Counted from the first letter of the stretch, positions 40,758-51,704 are shown. The stretch is 64,000 bases of DNA from an uncultured Thalassospiraceae bacterium (GCA_965368165.1 CBDULT010000006.1:23385-87384), one strand, 5' to 3'. Numbers and translations: made by a program. The notes: a model not told the origin generated them from the sequence alone.

Positions 40758-40902
40758 AACCGCCTTGCGTATGAAATTAAATGGTTTTTCTATATTTTAA
40801 TCCACTTTGTCGAGAGTTAAGGCATATGTCGCTATAAATATGTATGTTTGACCAGAAGAAACAGGTAGAAGATTTGTTTCCTTTCACTTGAGATGAAGCC
40901 TC

Positions 40903-42573
40903 ATGCTCAACAAGTTTGTGTTGCGTCATTTTCTGCTACTCCTCATCCCAACAGCCATATTGTTTTGGGGAGTCATCTTAGGCATTATGCACGTCAAGAT
41001 GGACGAGCGTAAAGAGGTGGTTAGGTCCGGTGAGACCGCCAACCTTAAGCTGGCAAAACAAGCCATCACTTATGAACTGGCGATGATTTCTTCTGATCTC
41101 CGGATCTTAGCACAATATGGATTTTCCCTTGATGGGCACCCTTCAAACGAAGGTTTGACCGCAGACGACTTACGCGTCTTTTCCAAAGAAAAACAGTTCT
41201 ACGATCAAATCCGCTTTCTTGATCTACAGGGAATGGAAATTGCGCGGGTAAATCTAAATAAGGGCCTCCCGACAATTGTTCCTAAAAATAAGCTCCAATT
41301 CAAAGGTGCTAGGTATTATTTTACCAAAGGCATTAAGGCCCCATCGGGGTCTATCTATATTTCCCGTTTTGATCTGAATAAGGAGAGAGGGAAGGTTGAA
41401 ATCCCACGGAAGCCAATGTTGCGTTTTGTTATGCCTTCCTTTAACCGAACTGGGGAAAAACAAGGTGCTTTTGTTCTCAACTATTTAGGGCAACGCTTGA
41501 TTGATAATTTTGCTAAAGCCATGGTGAGCGCCAAAGGCCAAAAAATGATTATCAATGACCAGGGTTACTGGCTCTTGGGTCCTAGTCGGGAGGATGAATG
41601 GGGCTTTATGTTTAATAATGGAAAGACCATTAATGCTCTTTATCCTAAATCCTGGGAGATAATTAAAGGGCGGGTGAATGGGCAATTTTATGATGGGAAT
41701 GGGCTTTTTACCTTTGAAACCGTTCAGCCTGATTTTGAGTTTGACGCCGATAAATCAAATCAAAACCTTGTTTTGAATGATGCCGGGAGTTGGAAGCTTG
41801 TCTCCTTTATCCCGGAATTTGAATATCAAGAGTTGATCGGAGAAATTACGCGCTTGTTGTGGCTTATCTCCGTGCCAATATTTGGGGCCATTGTTGTCGG
41901 CCTCTGGTGGCTAACTCACTATAAGAGTCACAGAGACGAGGTGCTTTTTGAACTGAAAAAAGCTGTTGATGGACTGGATGAAGAGGTTCACGAAAGGACC
42001 AAAGAACTTCGTGAAGAAATCACTGAAAGGAAAGCCCTAGAAGTTAAGCTCCGTAAAATTGCCTGGACCGATGAACTCACTGGCCTTCTGAGCCGGAGGG
42101 CCTTTTTGGAGGCTGCCGAAAAAGAAAATGACCGCTTTATACGTTATGGAGAAGTTTATACGGTTCTCATGTTAGACCTGGATCACTTTAAGAATGTAAA
42201 TGACACCTACGGACACCATGCCGGGGATGTTGTGCTTGAAGAAACGGCGAAGGTTTTGAAAAGAATGGTCCGCAAAACCGATATTGTCGGTCGGATTGGG
42301 GGCGAGGAAATCGCTTTTCTATTGCCCAGAACCGATTCCGATGTTGCCTACCAATTGGCTGAGCGTATCAGAGTCCACCTCGCCAGTATGGTCGTGCGTT
42401 GTGACGGCTTAGAAATTACTGTTACCGTGAGTATTGGTGTCGCCAAGGTGAGGCCTGGGATAGCCTCGTTTGGCGAGGTCATGGGCCTCGCCGACCGAGC
42501 CCTTTATGAAGCAAAAGAACGCGGCCGTAACCAGGTTTGTATCTTTAAATCGGCGGTTTCAAAAAAACTCTAA
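40903..42573 (+). CDS. Membrane sensor diguanylate cyclase (Cache-like periplasmic domain + GGDEF)
   Basis: Two TM helices, YDQIRFLD/KGARYYF/DLNKERG/WGFM sensor motifs, DLDHFKNVND, RKTD, GGEEI. Confidence 0.92.
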   Translation: MLNKFVLRHFLLLLIPTAILFWGVILGIMHVKMDERKEVVRSGETANLKLAKQAITYELAMISSDLRILAQYGFSLDGHPSNEGLTADDLRVFSKEKQFYDQIRFLDLQGMEIARVNLNKGLPTIVPKNKLQFKGARYYFTKGIKAPSGSIYISRFDLNKERGKVEIPRKPMLRFVMPSFNRTGEKQGAFVLNYLGQRLIDNFAKAMVSAKGQKMIINDQGYWLLGPSREDEWGFMFNNGKTINALYPKSWEIIKGRVNGQFYDGNGLFTFETVQPDFEFDADKSNQNLVLNDAGSWKLVSFIPEFEYQELIGEITRLLWLISVPIFGAIVVGLWWLTHYKSHRDEVLFELKKAVDGLDEEVHERTKELREEITERKALEVKLRKIAWTDELTGLLSRRAFLEAAEKENDRFIRYGEVYTVLMLDLDHFKNVNDTYGHHAGDVVLEETAKVLKRMVRKTDIVGRIGGEEIAFLLPRTDSDVAYQLAERIRVHLASMVVRCDGLEITVTVSIGVAKVRPGIASFGEVMGLADRALYEAKERGRNQVCIFKSAVSKKL

Positions 42574-42591
42574 AAGGGTGAGTTTGGGAGA

Positions 42592-43893
42592 TTATTTTTG
42601 AGTAACGCTGTCAATAAATTGGTCCACATCACGGTTTAGGTTTGCAGCCCGTTGTTGCAGGTCTCCAGCGGCATCATTAATACCAGCTACAGATGAATTT
42701 GTTGATTCTGCGCCGCTCGCAACTTCACGAATGGTTTCTGCCACGGTGCGCACCCCTTCAACCGCTTGTTGAATATTGCTGCTGATCTCATTCACCACAG
42801 CATTTTGTTCTTCAATGGCCCCTGCAATCGCCGTCCCGGTTTCATCAATTTCGTCGATGCTTTCACCAATGCCACCAATGGCACTCACGGCTTCTTTTGT
42901 CGCCGTTTGCATGCTGCTGATTTGATGGACAATCTCTTCTGTTGCTTGGGCAGTTTGGTTGGCCAGGTTCTTAACTTCAGATGCCACCACGGCAAATCCT
43001 TTACCAGCTTCCCCGGCTCGTGCCGCTTCAATGGTTGCATTCAAGGCTAAGAGGTTGGTTTGCTCGGCAATATCGTTAATCAAGCCAACAACCTCACCAA
43101 TTTTATCTGCTGCAGTTGCCAGAGTTTCGACCGTGCTGTTTGCATCTCGAACTTTGACCACCGCAGCCTTACCCATTTCTGACGAACGGGCGACTTGTTC
43201 TGAAACTTCACCGATGGAAGCGGTGAACTCTTCTGTCGCTGCGGCAACGCTTTCCACATTTCCATAAGCGGTTTCAGCCGCTTCGGCCACGGTGGCTGAT
43301 TGGGTGCTGGTGTCGCTGGCAACGGCTCCCATGTCGCGAGAATTGTCTTCAAGTTGGGAGGCTGTTGAGGAAACGGAGGTGACAACCTCTTTAATTTTAG
43401 CACCCATTGCGCCGGCATTTTCTGCAAAATTCTTGGTGCGTTGGTCCATGGAGGCTAAGCCTTCATTGACAATGCTCGCTTGAATGGCAAAGCCTTTGAC
43501 CATGCCTGTCATATTAATACTGCGGAAATATTCCCCTTTAGCCGCATATTCCAAGGCTGCTCCAGCTTCACGGGCAAAAGCTTCAGTGCGGTCAAGTAGG
43601 CGGTTGGTACCTTGCTGCATGATACCCACAGAGTCTTTACGCACAATATCTAGGACGCGAACATTCAGGTCACCTTTCGCTGCAGCTTCGAGAATGGTAC
43701 TTGTTCGATTAATCTCTCCAATGGCTTTATTTATGCCAATAAACGCAGTTACAGCTAAAATAAAGACGATTGCTTCAACAATTACGGCATCAATACCTGC
43801 TCCTTCAACGGCACTTAATATGGTGCCAAGAAGCGCGAGACCACCGACAACAGCGACCATTATCTTGATGGTTTTTAGGGCGACGAAGTTCAT
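42592..43893 (-). CDS. Methyl-accepting chemotaxis protein without a periplasmic sensor domain
   Basis: Two closely spaced TM helices, HAMP-like segment, IAEQTNLLALNATIEAARAGEAGKGFAVVASEVK. Confidence 0.95.
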   Translation of the reverse strand: MNFVALKTIKIMVAVVGGLALLGTILSAVEGAGIDAVIVEAIVFILAVTAFIGINKAIGEINRTSTILEAAAKGDLNVRVLDIVRKDSVGIMQQGTNRLLDRTEAFAREAGAALEYAAKGEYFRSINMTGMVKGFAIQASIVNEGLASMDQRTKNFAENAGAMGAKIKEVVTSVSSTASQLEDNSRDMGAVASDTSTQSATVAEAAETAYGNVESVAAATEEFTASIGEVSEQVARSSEMGKAAVVKVRDANSTVETLATAADKIGEVVGLINDIAEQTNLLALNATIEAARAGEAGKGFAVVASEVKNLANQTAQATEEIVHQISSMQTATKEAVSAIGGIGESIDEIDETGTAIAGAIEEQNAVVNEISSNIQQAVEGVRTVAETIREVASGAESTNSSVAGINDAAGDLQQRAANLNRDVDQFIDSVTQK

Positions 43894-44059
43894 TTTTTGA
43901 CCCCTGAATTCTAAGGTTTATTTTATGCAGAATTGACCTTGTTTGTGCAGCATTTTTTTATTTAGGTCAATTAATATAGCTTGCCTAAACCTAATTTGGA
44001 ATTACAATTATCCCCTAATTAACAAGGGATTATCCTAGGGTTACAGGAAAGGGTGTTCA

Positions 44060-44584
44060 ATGGTTGATAACCGAGCATTAACTGGTGTTGAGAGAACATT
44101 TAGCAGAGACGATATTATTGTCAGTAAAACCGATACCAAAGGGAAGCTGACCTATGCCAATAATGTTTTTCTGGAAATAGCCGATTACACAGAAGCCGAA
44201 GTTATTGGCCAGCCTCACAGCCTTATTCGCCACCCAGATATGCCCCGATGCATCTTCAAAGCTCTTTGGGATAACATCCAGGCAGGGGAAGAAATCTTTG
44301 CTTATGTCATGAACCGCACAAAGCACGGTGATCATTACTGGGTTCTGGCCCATGTGACCCCCTCCTTTGAAGGCTCTGATAAACAAATTGTCGGCTATCA
44401 TTCCAACCGACGGGTTCCTGAAAAGAGGGCCTTAGATGTGATCAAACCTCTTTATGCCAAGCTTCTGCAAGAAGAGAAAAGGCACTCTAACCCCAAAGAA
44501 GGCCTGGTTGCTTCTATGAAGATGCTTGGAGAAGCCCTGGAGCCTTATGAAGGGCGTTACGATAAGTTCGTTCTATCTATTTAG
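44060..44584 (+). CDS. Stand-alone Aer-type PAS protein
   Basis: IVSKTDTKG.LTYAN, GQPHSLIRHPDMP, LW, GDHYWV; no signalling domain. Confidence 0.92.
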   Translation: MVDNRALTGVERTFSRDDIIVSKTDTKGKLTYANNVFLEIADYTEAEVIGQPHSLIRHPDMPRCIFKALWDNIQAGEEIFAYVMNRTKHGDHYWVLAHVTPSFEGSDKQIVGYHSNRRVPEKRALDVIKPLYAKLLQEEKRHSNPKEGLVASMKMLGEALEPYEGRYDKFVLSI

Positions 44585-45277
44585 TTATTTATAAAGCTTA
44601 GCGATCTTTTCAGGTGAAACACCAAGGAAGTAAAGAGTAAGGCAATAAAGATGAAACAGGGGGCGACGCCAGTAGCCGCCTTTTTGGTATCTAATGGCAG
44701 AGGTTGTGGCTTTAGCTTTCAAATAGTTAAGCCGCTTTCTGCCGATCCGCCTGATCAACTCCACATCTTCCATCAAGGGTATGGGTTTAAAGCCTCCTAG
44801 TTGATGGTAAAAGTCTCGACTGATCAACAGTCCTTGATCCCCATAGGGCAAAGCCAATGCCCAACAGCGCAGTTCCACCATCCGTTCAACTCGACGGGCC
44901 GCTGGGGTGGTGTCATCAAGGGCATAGGTGAAAACGGCGGCTTTCTCTCGGTTGCTGTCTTCAGCCATATAAGCGGAAACCTCCTTTTCCCAATTGGGGC
45001 TTAAGGTGGTGTCGCCATGAATGAAAAGCATAAAACCACCTTGAGTTGCTTTGGCCCCTTGAGCCAGTTGTGCCCCCCGTCCTTTTGAGCCAGTGATCAC
45101 TTTTGCCCCATTATTTTCCGCAATAGGTATCGTGCCGTCACGTGATCCCCCATCGACAATGATAACCTCTAAAACAAGGCCCTTGTCTTTGAAACAGGCA
45201 AGGGTTTCCTCTAACCCCACCTCTGCATTCAGGGTCGCAATGACAACACTTAGGGTTGGTGGTGTTTTTTTATTCAA
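44585..45277 (-). CDS. GT2 glycosyltransferase (TIGR04283-like)
   Basis: VDGGSRD, GRGAQL, FIHGDT, LPYGDQG, PLMED, TSAIRY. Confidence 0.9.
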   Translation of the reverse strand: MNKKTPPTLSVVIATLNAEVGLEETLACFKDKGLVLEVIIVDGGSRDGTIPIAENNGAKVITGSKGRGAQLAQGAKATQGGFMLFIHGDTTLSPNWEKEVSAYMAEDSNREKAAVFTYALDDTTPAARRVERMVELRCWALALPYGDQGLLISRDFYHQLGGFKPIPLMEDVELIRRIGRKRLNYLKAKATTSAIRYQKGGYWRRPLFHLYCLTLYFLGVSPEKIAKLYK

Positions 45278-45382
45278 CAGGGCTCTCGCTGATCATCAAT
45301 GGACAGGGAATTATTGATCCGCTATTTATGCACTAAAGTCAGTAAAGACTTTAACACGCCTTGAAAGTGGTTATAAGCGACA

Positions 45383-45994
45383 ATGGATTATTTTAGCGAC
45401 GAAGAGCGACAAAAACAGGAGGCCTTTGCATCTTATCGGGATGAGAAGTTTAAGCCTCTGACGGATTTTTTGACCAAGCTAAATATCCGCGCCAACCACG
45501 TGACCATTGTGGCAGTGATCTTGCTGATACTTGGTTGTATGGCAGGGCCTGATCTGGGTTTAACGGCCTCGTTCCTTCTTTTCTTTTATTGTTTTCTTGA
45601 TGGTATAGACGGGCCGCTGGCGCGCTCAACAAACTCCCAGCATCAGGGAGGTGCCATTATTGATATGGTTGCGGACCAAGCTGGGGTTATTCTTGCCCCG
45701 GCGGCGGCTATTTATCATTTGGGAACCGATGGCATTTCAGCCGTTTTGTTCGCCAGTCTTTATGTGTCTTTTATTGCTTTGGTGGTTTATGCCAACAGTC
45801 ATGGCATCAAGCTCTTCAGGTTTGTTCGCCTAAAGTATTTTTTCTACTTTGTTTATTGTTTATCAATCCTGATAAATTATGACTTAGTAACCTACTTGTT
45901 TTATATTGCTGATACATATTATTTAATCTTAGTGCTGCTGACCGTTGCAAAAATTTATAGGTTTTTTTCCCAAGCTGGTAAAAATCAAAGTTAA
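45383..45994 (+). CDS. CDP-alcohol phosphatidyltransferase family protein
   Basis: ANHVT and DGIDGPLAR-x8-G-x3-D-x3-D signature. Confidence 0.9.
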   Translation: MDYFSDEERQKQEAFASYRDEKFKPLTDFLTKLNIRANHVTIVAVILLILGCMAGPDLGLTASFLLFFYCFLDGIDGPLARSTNSQHQGGAIIDMVADQAGVILAPAAAIYHLGTDGISAVLFASLYVSFIALVVYANSHGIKLFRFVRLKYFFYFVYCLSILINYDLVTYLFYIADTYYLILVLLTVAKIYRFFSQAGKNQS

Positions 45995-46062
45995 ATTCAA
46001 CATTGAGCCTTTAAATTGGGCGGCTTAATACACATGTTAGCTCATATTAACATTTGGTATCT

Positions 46063-46953
46063 ATGATTACATTTGACCTCCACTACCACACAAACACTTA
46101 CCGTTCTCTTCAATCTACGCGCAAACGGCGTTTGGAGAAGCATCGGCTTTTTTTGGAAAAGACGGGTGTGGATTATGTGGCCTCAACGGAGCATGCCTAC
46201 AAACGGCCTTTAGATGCCTTTCGCTACTTGCGCGATGCCACCCACGACATCAAAACCGAAATTCTGCCTGCCGTTGAAGCGATTTCTCAAGAAGGGATCG
46301 ATATGATTTTCCTCTATGAGTCTGAGCAGGCGCTTATTGAGGGTATCCGTGAGTTAAAGCCCTTTTGCTGGTCGATCTGGGACACGGCGACCATTGCAGC
46401 GGAGACCAAAGCCCTTACCATCATCCCCCATCCTTTCACACCAGGACGCTCAGGGATTGTTGCGGGTATAGGTGTGGAAGGCTTTATGCAAATTCAGGCG
46501 CAATGTGATTACGTCGAAATACATAACGGCCTGAGCATTTTTTTGATGGATATAGCCGCTAAAAAACCTGATGCTTTTAAGGTGGATAAAACCTCAGGTA
46601 ATATTCAAAAAACTTTTAAGTTGCCGGATGAGTATATCATTGAAGGTGTCGGACAGGCGATCAGTTCCGATGCCCATCACCCAGGGCATCAGCGTATTGT
46701 TGGCAAAACAAACCTACCCCTTGAAAAAGGTGACTGGTTTGGCTTTCTAAAAAAACGCGTTAAGTTTGAAGAGGCCTTGGTGGCTGAGGAGTTTGTCAAT
46801 AACTCGACCAAATTACGCCAGCTTGTGCAAAGCGGGCGCTGTGTGTTGGGCGAATATAGCCTCAAATCCATCAAAAAAGTAAAAACCCATAACCGCAAGC
46901 GGACTGAACTCGCCGCCGGACGGGGGGCAACTAAACTTAAGGCAACCGTTTAG
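46063..46953 (+). CDS. PHP-family metal-dependent phosphoesterase-like protein
   Basis: DLHYHT, STEH, PAVE, PHPF, EIHNG, SSDAHH motifs. Confidence 0.82.
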   Translation: MITFDLHYHTNTYRSLQSTRKRRLEKHRLFLEKTGVDYVASTEHAYKRPLDAFRYLRDATHDIKTEILPAVEAISQEGIDMIFLYESEQALIEGIRELKPFCWSIWDTATIAAETKALTIIPHPFTPGRSGIVAGIGVEGFMQIQAQCDYVEIHNGLSIFLMDIAAKKPDAFKVDKTSGNIQKTFKLPDEYIIEGVGQAISSDAHHPGHQRIVGKTNLPLEKGDWFGFLKKRVKFEEALVAEEFVNNSTKLRQLVQSGRCVLGEYSLKSIKKVKTHNRKRTELAAGRGATKLKATV

Positions 46954-47513
46954 ATCGGCTCTTTTGGTTTTCTGACGATGCGATAGGTTACCCAATAACC
47001 GATCACACTCAAACCCAGGCTGTAAGGCAAACACCCAACAACAATGCTTAGGCCAAAGGTATCCCAAAGATTTGCAACCAGATCTAAAAGGGCATAAAGC
47101 GCATTCTCGTTATCGGCTGCCATCACCTTATCAAGCTGTTCGGTAAACATACCAAAACTGGAATGACCGTCGAAATCTAACAAAATAACTTTGCCAGTGA
47201 GGTAAAATAAATAATACATGGGAAGCATGGTGGCGGGGTTAGAAACCCACGACCAGGCAATAGCCAGGACCATGTTAAAGTTCCAGACCCGACGCAGGGC
47301 AAGCCAGATCATAAAGATCAGGTACATTTGCAAACCTACTGTGGGGGTGAAACCAAGCAAAAGGCCAATAGCGACTCCACGGGCGATTAATTCGGGACGT
47401 TCCCGGGCCCGCTTAACGGGGACAATGAGGCGATAATAAAGCAGCCTCAGTAATTTTGAGCTGACCCCCTCTTTGTTTCTTGCGTGTCGAGCATCGCGAA
47501 GCCATTGCCTCAT
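46950..47513 (-). CDS. DUF2062-like membrane protein
   Basis: IARGVAIG...FTPTVGLQ...WVSNPAT.LP. Confidence 0.85.
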   Translation of the reverse strand: MRQWLRDARHARNKEGVSSKLLRLLYYRLIVPVKRARERPELIARGVAIGLLLGFTPTVGLQMYLIFMIWLALRRVWNFNMVLAIAWSWVSNPATMLPMYYLFYLTGKVILLDFDGHSSFGMFTEQLDKVMAADNENALYALLDLVANLWDTFGLSIVVGCLPYSLGLSVIGYWVTYRIVRKPKEPI

Positions 47514-47657
47514 CGTCCGGTCACCATAAAAAAAAACTAAAAAATTTTCAGACCTAAGTTGTTAAGCAAACTAGAGGATTTCTGTCAAACCCCAAACACT
47601 GTCAGGGGGGCAGTTGATTTATGGGTGTTTTGCCCCCAAGTTTAAATATGAGGAACG

Positions 47658-47846
47658 GTGGCAAGTATGAGTGAAAATTTAAAAGATACTTCTTTGGTAG
47701 AATATCTCGCAGAAAAAGCTCTTGAGGATATTCGAAGGGCTCGACAATTCAAATCAACGGAATCTGGTCAACTCCTTAGGGAGGCTGAAGAACTCACCTA
47801 TCTTGCATCAAAGCTTCTTTCAAAAAGAGAATCTCTTCACAAATAA
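47658..47846 (+). CDS. Small hypothetical protein
   Basis: 62-aa helical-looking ORF with GAGG upstream of a GTG start, filling an intergenic gap. Confidence 0.5.
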   Translation: MASMSENLKDTSLVEYLAEKALEDIRRARQFKSTESGQLLREAEELTYLASKLLSKRESLHK

Positions 47847-47881
47847 AACCAAGTGGGAAAGCCTATCTGAACCATTGGTGG

Positions 47882-48082
47882 TTAGCCAATGGTGATAATC
47901 TTCGACTCAGGGCCTTCGTAAAAGTCACAACGTCCAAAGGCGTTCATAACGTGATAGGCTAATGGGCTGGACGAAAACTCAGGGTTTTTCTTTAAGAACT
48001 CACAGGTTTTACAGCCAGGCTGGTCACCACATTTAATCATTGTTCCATTTTGGGCACTCATTTTAGAAATCCTTAAAATCAT
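47882..48082 (-). CDS. Small Cys-containing hypothetical protein (start uncertain)
   Basis: ORF with C-x5-C-x2-C...C pattern, filling an intergenic gap. Confidence 0.5.
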   Translation of the reverse strand: MILRISKMSAQNGTMIKCGDQPGCKTCEFLKKNPEFSSSPLAYHVMNAFGRCDFYEGPESKIITIG

Positions 48083-48218
48083 TCATATTTTTTGGGACCG
48101 ACGGAACTGTTTTATTTTGTAGTTTTACACTTAAAAGCTTAAATTATCATCAAGTCTGTTGTTGGAATACAATGAAAATGTTACAAAATCATGAATGTGC
48201 TTCTTTTAGGAAAGCTTG

Positions 48219-48914
48219 ATGGCTCAACGGATTCTTATTGTTGAAGACGACGAAATGCTTTTAGGCATGTTGGTCACTCTTTTTGATCACTATGGCTATA
48301 AAGTAGATCAAGCCGTGACGGGCTCAGAAGCCATGAAGAAGGTTGATAAAATCCCCCCGGACATGATCCTCCTTGATCTAGGCTTGCCTGACGAAGATGG
48401 CTTGACTTTGATCCGCAAGTTCCGTTCCCGCCATGAAATTCCGATTATCGTTTCAACCGCTCGGGAAGGAATTGACGACCGCCTCTCTGCTTTGGAGATG
48501 GGGGTAGACGATTTTATTGTTAAGCCTTACGACCCGCGGGAGTTGGGGTTAAGGGTACGGAATGTTTTTTCTCGGGTGAGAGATGTTGCTAAAGGCAAGG
48601 AAGATAAAAAAATTATTGAGGCAGCAGAGTTGGAGCTTGACCTGTTCGCCCATAGTGTTTCGACGCCCGATGGCACAGCCTATGAACTTCCCCCTTCAGA
48701 ATTTCGCCTACTTTCGGCTTTGATGAATTCCCCAAATCGGGTTTTGTCGCGGGACCAGCTTCTAGATGCTATCACTACAGATAACGAGCCCCCTTCAGAG
48801 CGAATTATTGATGTCTTGATCAGCCGCTTGCGTAAAAAACTAGAGCCTTCACCCGCCAAACCAATAAAAATCATTACGGTGCCCGGCTTTGGTTACAAAT
48901 TGGCCTCTTCTTAA
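48219..48914 (+). CDS. OmpR-family response regulator
   Basis: IVEDD, LLDLGLPDEDG, KP, winged helix (IDVLISRLRKK, TVPGFGY); no adjacent kinase. Confidence 0.95.
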   Translation: MAQRILIVEDDEMLLGMLVTLFDHYGYKVDQAVTGSEAMKKVDKIPPDMILLDLGLPDEDGLTLIRKFRSRHEIPIIVSTAREGIDDRLSALEMGVDDFIVKPYDPRELGLRVRNVFSRVRDVAKGKEDKKIIEAAELELDLFAHSVSTPDGTAYELPPSEFRLLSALMNSPNRVLSRDQLLDAITTDNEPPSERIIDVLISRLRKKLEPSPAKPIKIITVPGFGYKLASS

Positions 48915-48948
48915 GCCTTTTGCGATTAGTCTTTGATCAGTTAGGGTT

Positions 48949-48987
48949 CTTACGCCAAACGTTTGGTGAGTTACAGTCGTGGCTTTG
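48949..48987 (+). repeat. Intergenic hairpin repeat, copy C (subtype 1, degenerate)
   Basis: CTTA-CGCCAA acgt TTGGTG-AGTTAC agtc GTGGCT-TTG. Confidence 0.7.
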
Positions 48988-49036
48988 CCTAAGAATGCTA
49001 CTAGCCTAATTCAGTTCACTTCGTTACATTTCGCCC

Positions 49037-50587
49037 ATGGGGTTGATGAAATCGATAGCCACAGTGGGTGGCATGACCATGACAAGCCGGATTTTGGGTT
49101 TCGTACGAGATATTCTCGTGGCGGCGGCTCTGGGTGCCGGGCCCATTGCTGACGCCTTTTTCATTGCCTTTAAAATCCCTAATTTGTTTCGACGCCTTTT
49201 TGCTGAAGGGGCCTTTAATGCCGCCTTTGTGCCTTTGTTTGCGGGCAAGCTGGAGCAAGACGGGGAGGACCAGGCCCGCCTCTTCGCCAATCAGGCCTTT
49301 TCTTTTCTTTTCTGGATTTTGCTGGTTCTGCTGATCGTCATGGAATTGGGCATGCCCTGGGCCATGATGGGCTTTGCGCCTGGTTTTATGGGTGACCCGG
49401 AAAAATTCAATCTCGCCGTTCTCTTTACCCGCATCACCTTCCCTTATCTGCTGTTTATCTCTCTGGTATCCCTCCTGGCAGGGGTGCTGAACTCACTGGG
49501 GAGGTTTGCCGCCGCCGCCGCGACTCCTGTATTACTCAATATTAATTTAATCGCTGCTATATTGCTCTTGGCCCCTGTTTTGCCCTCTCCTGGTCATGCG
49601 CTGGCTTGGGGTGTTTGTGCCGCAGGGATGATCCAATTTATCTGGTTGGTATGGCACTGCACCCGCCTCGGCATGATGCCGCGCCTTGGTTTCCCTCGGC
49701 TCAATAAAGCAGTTAAAACCCTCCTTGTGAAGATTGTTCCAGGTGCCATTGGGGCAGGGATTTATCAGGTGAATTTGGTGGTTGATATGATCATTGCTTC
49801 CCTGCTTCCCACAGGCTCCATTACCTATCTCTTCTTTGCCGACAGGGTGACCCAGCTTCCTCTTGGAGTCGTCGGTGTGGCCGTTGGGACGGCACTGTTG
49901 CCTTTGCTTTCAAGACAACTGCGAGCCAATGACGAAGCCGCAGCCAGCCATAGCCAAAACCGTGCTTTGGAATTTACGCTCTTTCTGACTATTCCTGCCG
50001 CAGTGGCTTTTGCCATTATTCCTGATCCAATTATTACGGTTTTGTTTCAGCGTAATGAATTTACTGAGCTTGCTGCAAACGCAACCGCTGCGGCCTTAAT
50101 GGTCTATGCCTTTGGTCTTCCCGCCTATGTGCTGAACAAAGGCCTGACCCCTGGTTTCTTTGCCCGAGGCGATACCAAAACGCCGATGTTTGTGGCGGCA
50201 GTTTCCATGGTGGTTAATGTGGTATTCAACCTGGTCCTCATGGGGCCCTTCCTCCATGTGGGCCTTGCCATGGCAACGGTGATTTCAGCCTGGACCAATA
50301 CAGCTTTGCTGGCGATTATTTTAAGCAAGCGCAATCAGCTTAAACTCGATCAACGGTTTCTTCGTCGCCTACCAAAAACTTTGCTGGCTTCTGCCCTCAT
50401 GGGCGGGGCTTTGTGGGGGGCGAAAACCCAACTTGAAAGCTGGGTAAATGGGGGGCAAAGTGAGCGCGTTTTAGCCTTGGTTATTCTCATTTTTACGGGA
50501 CTCGTTGTTTACTTTATCGCTGCCCAACTGACGGGTGCAGCCCGCCTTTCTGACCTCAAAGATTTTTTAAAACGTAAGTCGACTTGA
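49037..50587 (+). CDS. murJ: Lipid II flippase
   Basis: [42 protein letters not shown]. Confidence 0.97.
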   Translation: MGLMKSIATVGGMTMTSRILGFVRDILVAAALGAGPIADAFFIAFKIPNLFRRLFAEGAFNAAFVPLFAGKLEQDGEDQARLFANQAFSFLFWILLVLLIVMELGMPWAMMGFAPGFMGDPEKFNLAVLFTRITFPYLLFISLVSLLAGVLNSLGRFAAAAATPVLLNINLIAAILLLAPVLPSPGHALAWGVCAAGMIQFIWLVWHCTRLGMMPRLGFPRLNKAVKTLLVKIVPGAIGAGIYQVNLVVDMIIASLLPTGSITYLFFADRVTQLPLGVVGVAVGTALLPLLSRQLRANDEAAASHSQNRALEFTLFLTIPAAVAFAIIPDPIITVLFQRNEFTELAANATAAALMVYAFGLPAYVLNKGLTPGFFARGDTKTPMFVAAVSMVVNVVFNLVLMGPFLHVGLAMATVISAWTNTALLAIILSKRNQLKLDQRFLRRLPKTLLASALMGGALWGAKTQLESWVNGGQSERVLALVILIFTGLVVYFIAAQLTGAARLSDLKDFLKRKST

Positions 50588-50687
50588 CCCCCCCTTAAGA
50601 AGGCTCCATAAAGCGGGCGAATTTTTTATATTAATCTGGCGTGGTCCAACATGGCCGGATCAATTTCTCTCGCAAGGGTCCAAACCT

Positions 50688-51686
50688 ATGAACAGGATTT
50701 TCTCAGGCGTTCAGCCTACCGGTAACCTCCACCTTGGCAACTATCTCGGTGCAATTCGCAACTGGGTACAGTTGCAAAATAACTATGAATGTATTTTCTG
50801 TGTTGTTGACATGCACGCCATCACCGTTTGGCAAGACCCCAAGCAGTTGATCGCCAACACCCGCGAAGTTGCGGCAGCCATGATTGCTTCCGGTGTTGAT
50901 CCCAAAAAGAACGTAATCTTTAACCAGTCCATGGTTTCCGGCCATGCAGAATTGGCGTGGATTTTCAACTGTGTCGCTCGCCTTGGCTGGCTTAACCGCA
51001 TGACCCAGTTTAAAGAAAAAGCTGGCAAAAACCGTGAGAAAGCCTCTGTCGGCCTCTATGCCTATCCTAACCTGATGGCAGCAGATATCATGCTCTACAA
51101 GGCCACGCACGTGCCTGTGGGCGAAGATCAAAAGCAACATCTGGAGCTAACTCGGGATGTGGCTCAAAAGTTTAACAATGACTTTAAGAATGAGTTCTTC
51201 CCTATTGTTGAACCGTTAATTTTTGGCGAAGCGACGCGGGTGATGAGTTTGCGTGATGGCTCTAAGAAGATGAGTAAATCAGACCCTTCTGATGCTTCGC
51301 GGATTGTCATGACTGATGGGCCAGACCAGATCGCTAAGAAAATTCGTAAGGCTAAAACCGACCCACACCCCATTCCTTCCAGCAAGGAAGAATTTGAGGG
51401 TCGCCCCGAAGCGGCTAACCTGATGGGCATTTACGCGGCTCTAGCCGATACGGATATTGGTTCTGTCTGTAATGAATATGGCGGCAATCAGTTCTCAACC
51501 TTCAAACAGGCTCTGTCTGATTTGGCGGTAGAAAAATTGGGCACTATTGGTTCTGAGATGCAGCGTTTGATGGATGACCCTGCAAGCATTGATACGGTTC
51601 TGAGAGAGGGAGCTGAGCGGGCCCATGCTATTTCGGCACCAATCCTTAATGAGATTAAGGATATTGTTGGTTTCTTACGACCTTAA
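50688..51686 (+). CDS. trpS: Tryptophan--tRNA ligase
   Basis: [26 protein letters not shown]. Confidence 0.99.
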   Translation: MNRIFSGVQPTGNLHLGNYLGAIRNWVQLQNNYECIFCVVDMHAITVWQDPKQLIANTREVAAAMIASGVDPKKNVIFNQSMVSGHAELAWIFNCVARLGWLNRMTQFKEKAGKNREKASVGLYAYPNLMAADIMLYKATHVPVGEDQKQHLELTRDVAQKFNNDFKNEFFPIVEPLIFGEATRVMSLRDGSKKMSKSDPSDASRIVMTDGPDQIAKKIRKAKTDPHPIPSSKEEFEGRPEAANLMGIYAALADTDIGSVCNEYGGNQFSTFKQALSDLAVEKLGTIGSEMQRLMDDPASIDTVLREGAERAHAISAPILNEIKDIVGFLRP

Positions 51687-51704
51687 AATAGTCCGCGCAT
51701 AAAT

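Noticed and set aside
42295-42315. GGEEI instead of GGEEF as a sign of a dead cyclase
   Set aside because: Catalytic acidic residues and other motifs are intact; the fifth position tolerates hydrophobic substitutions
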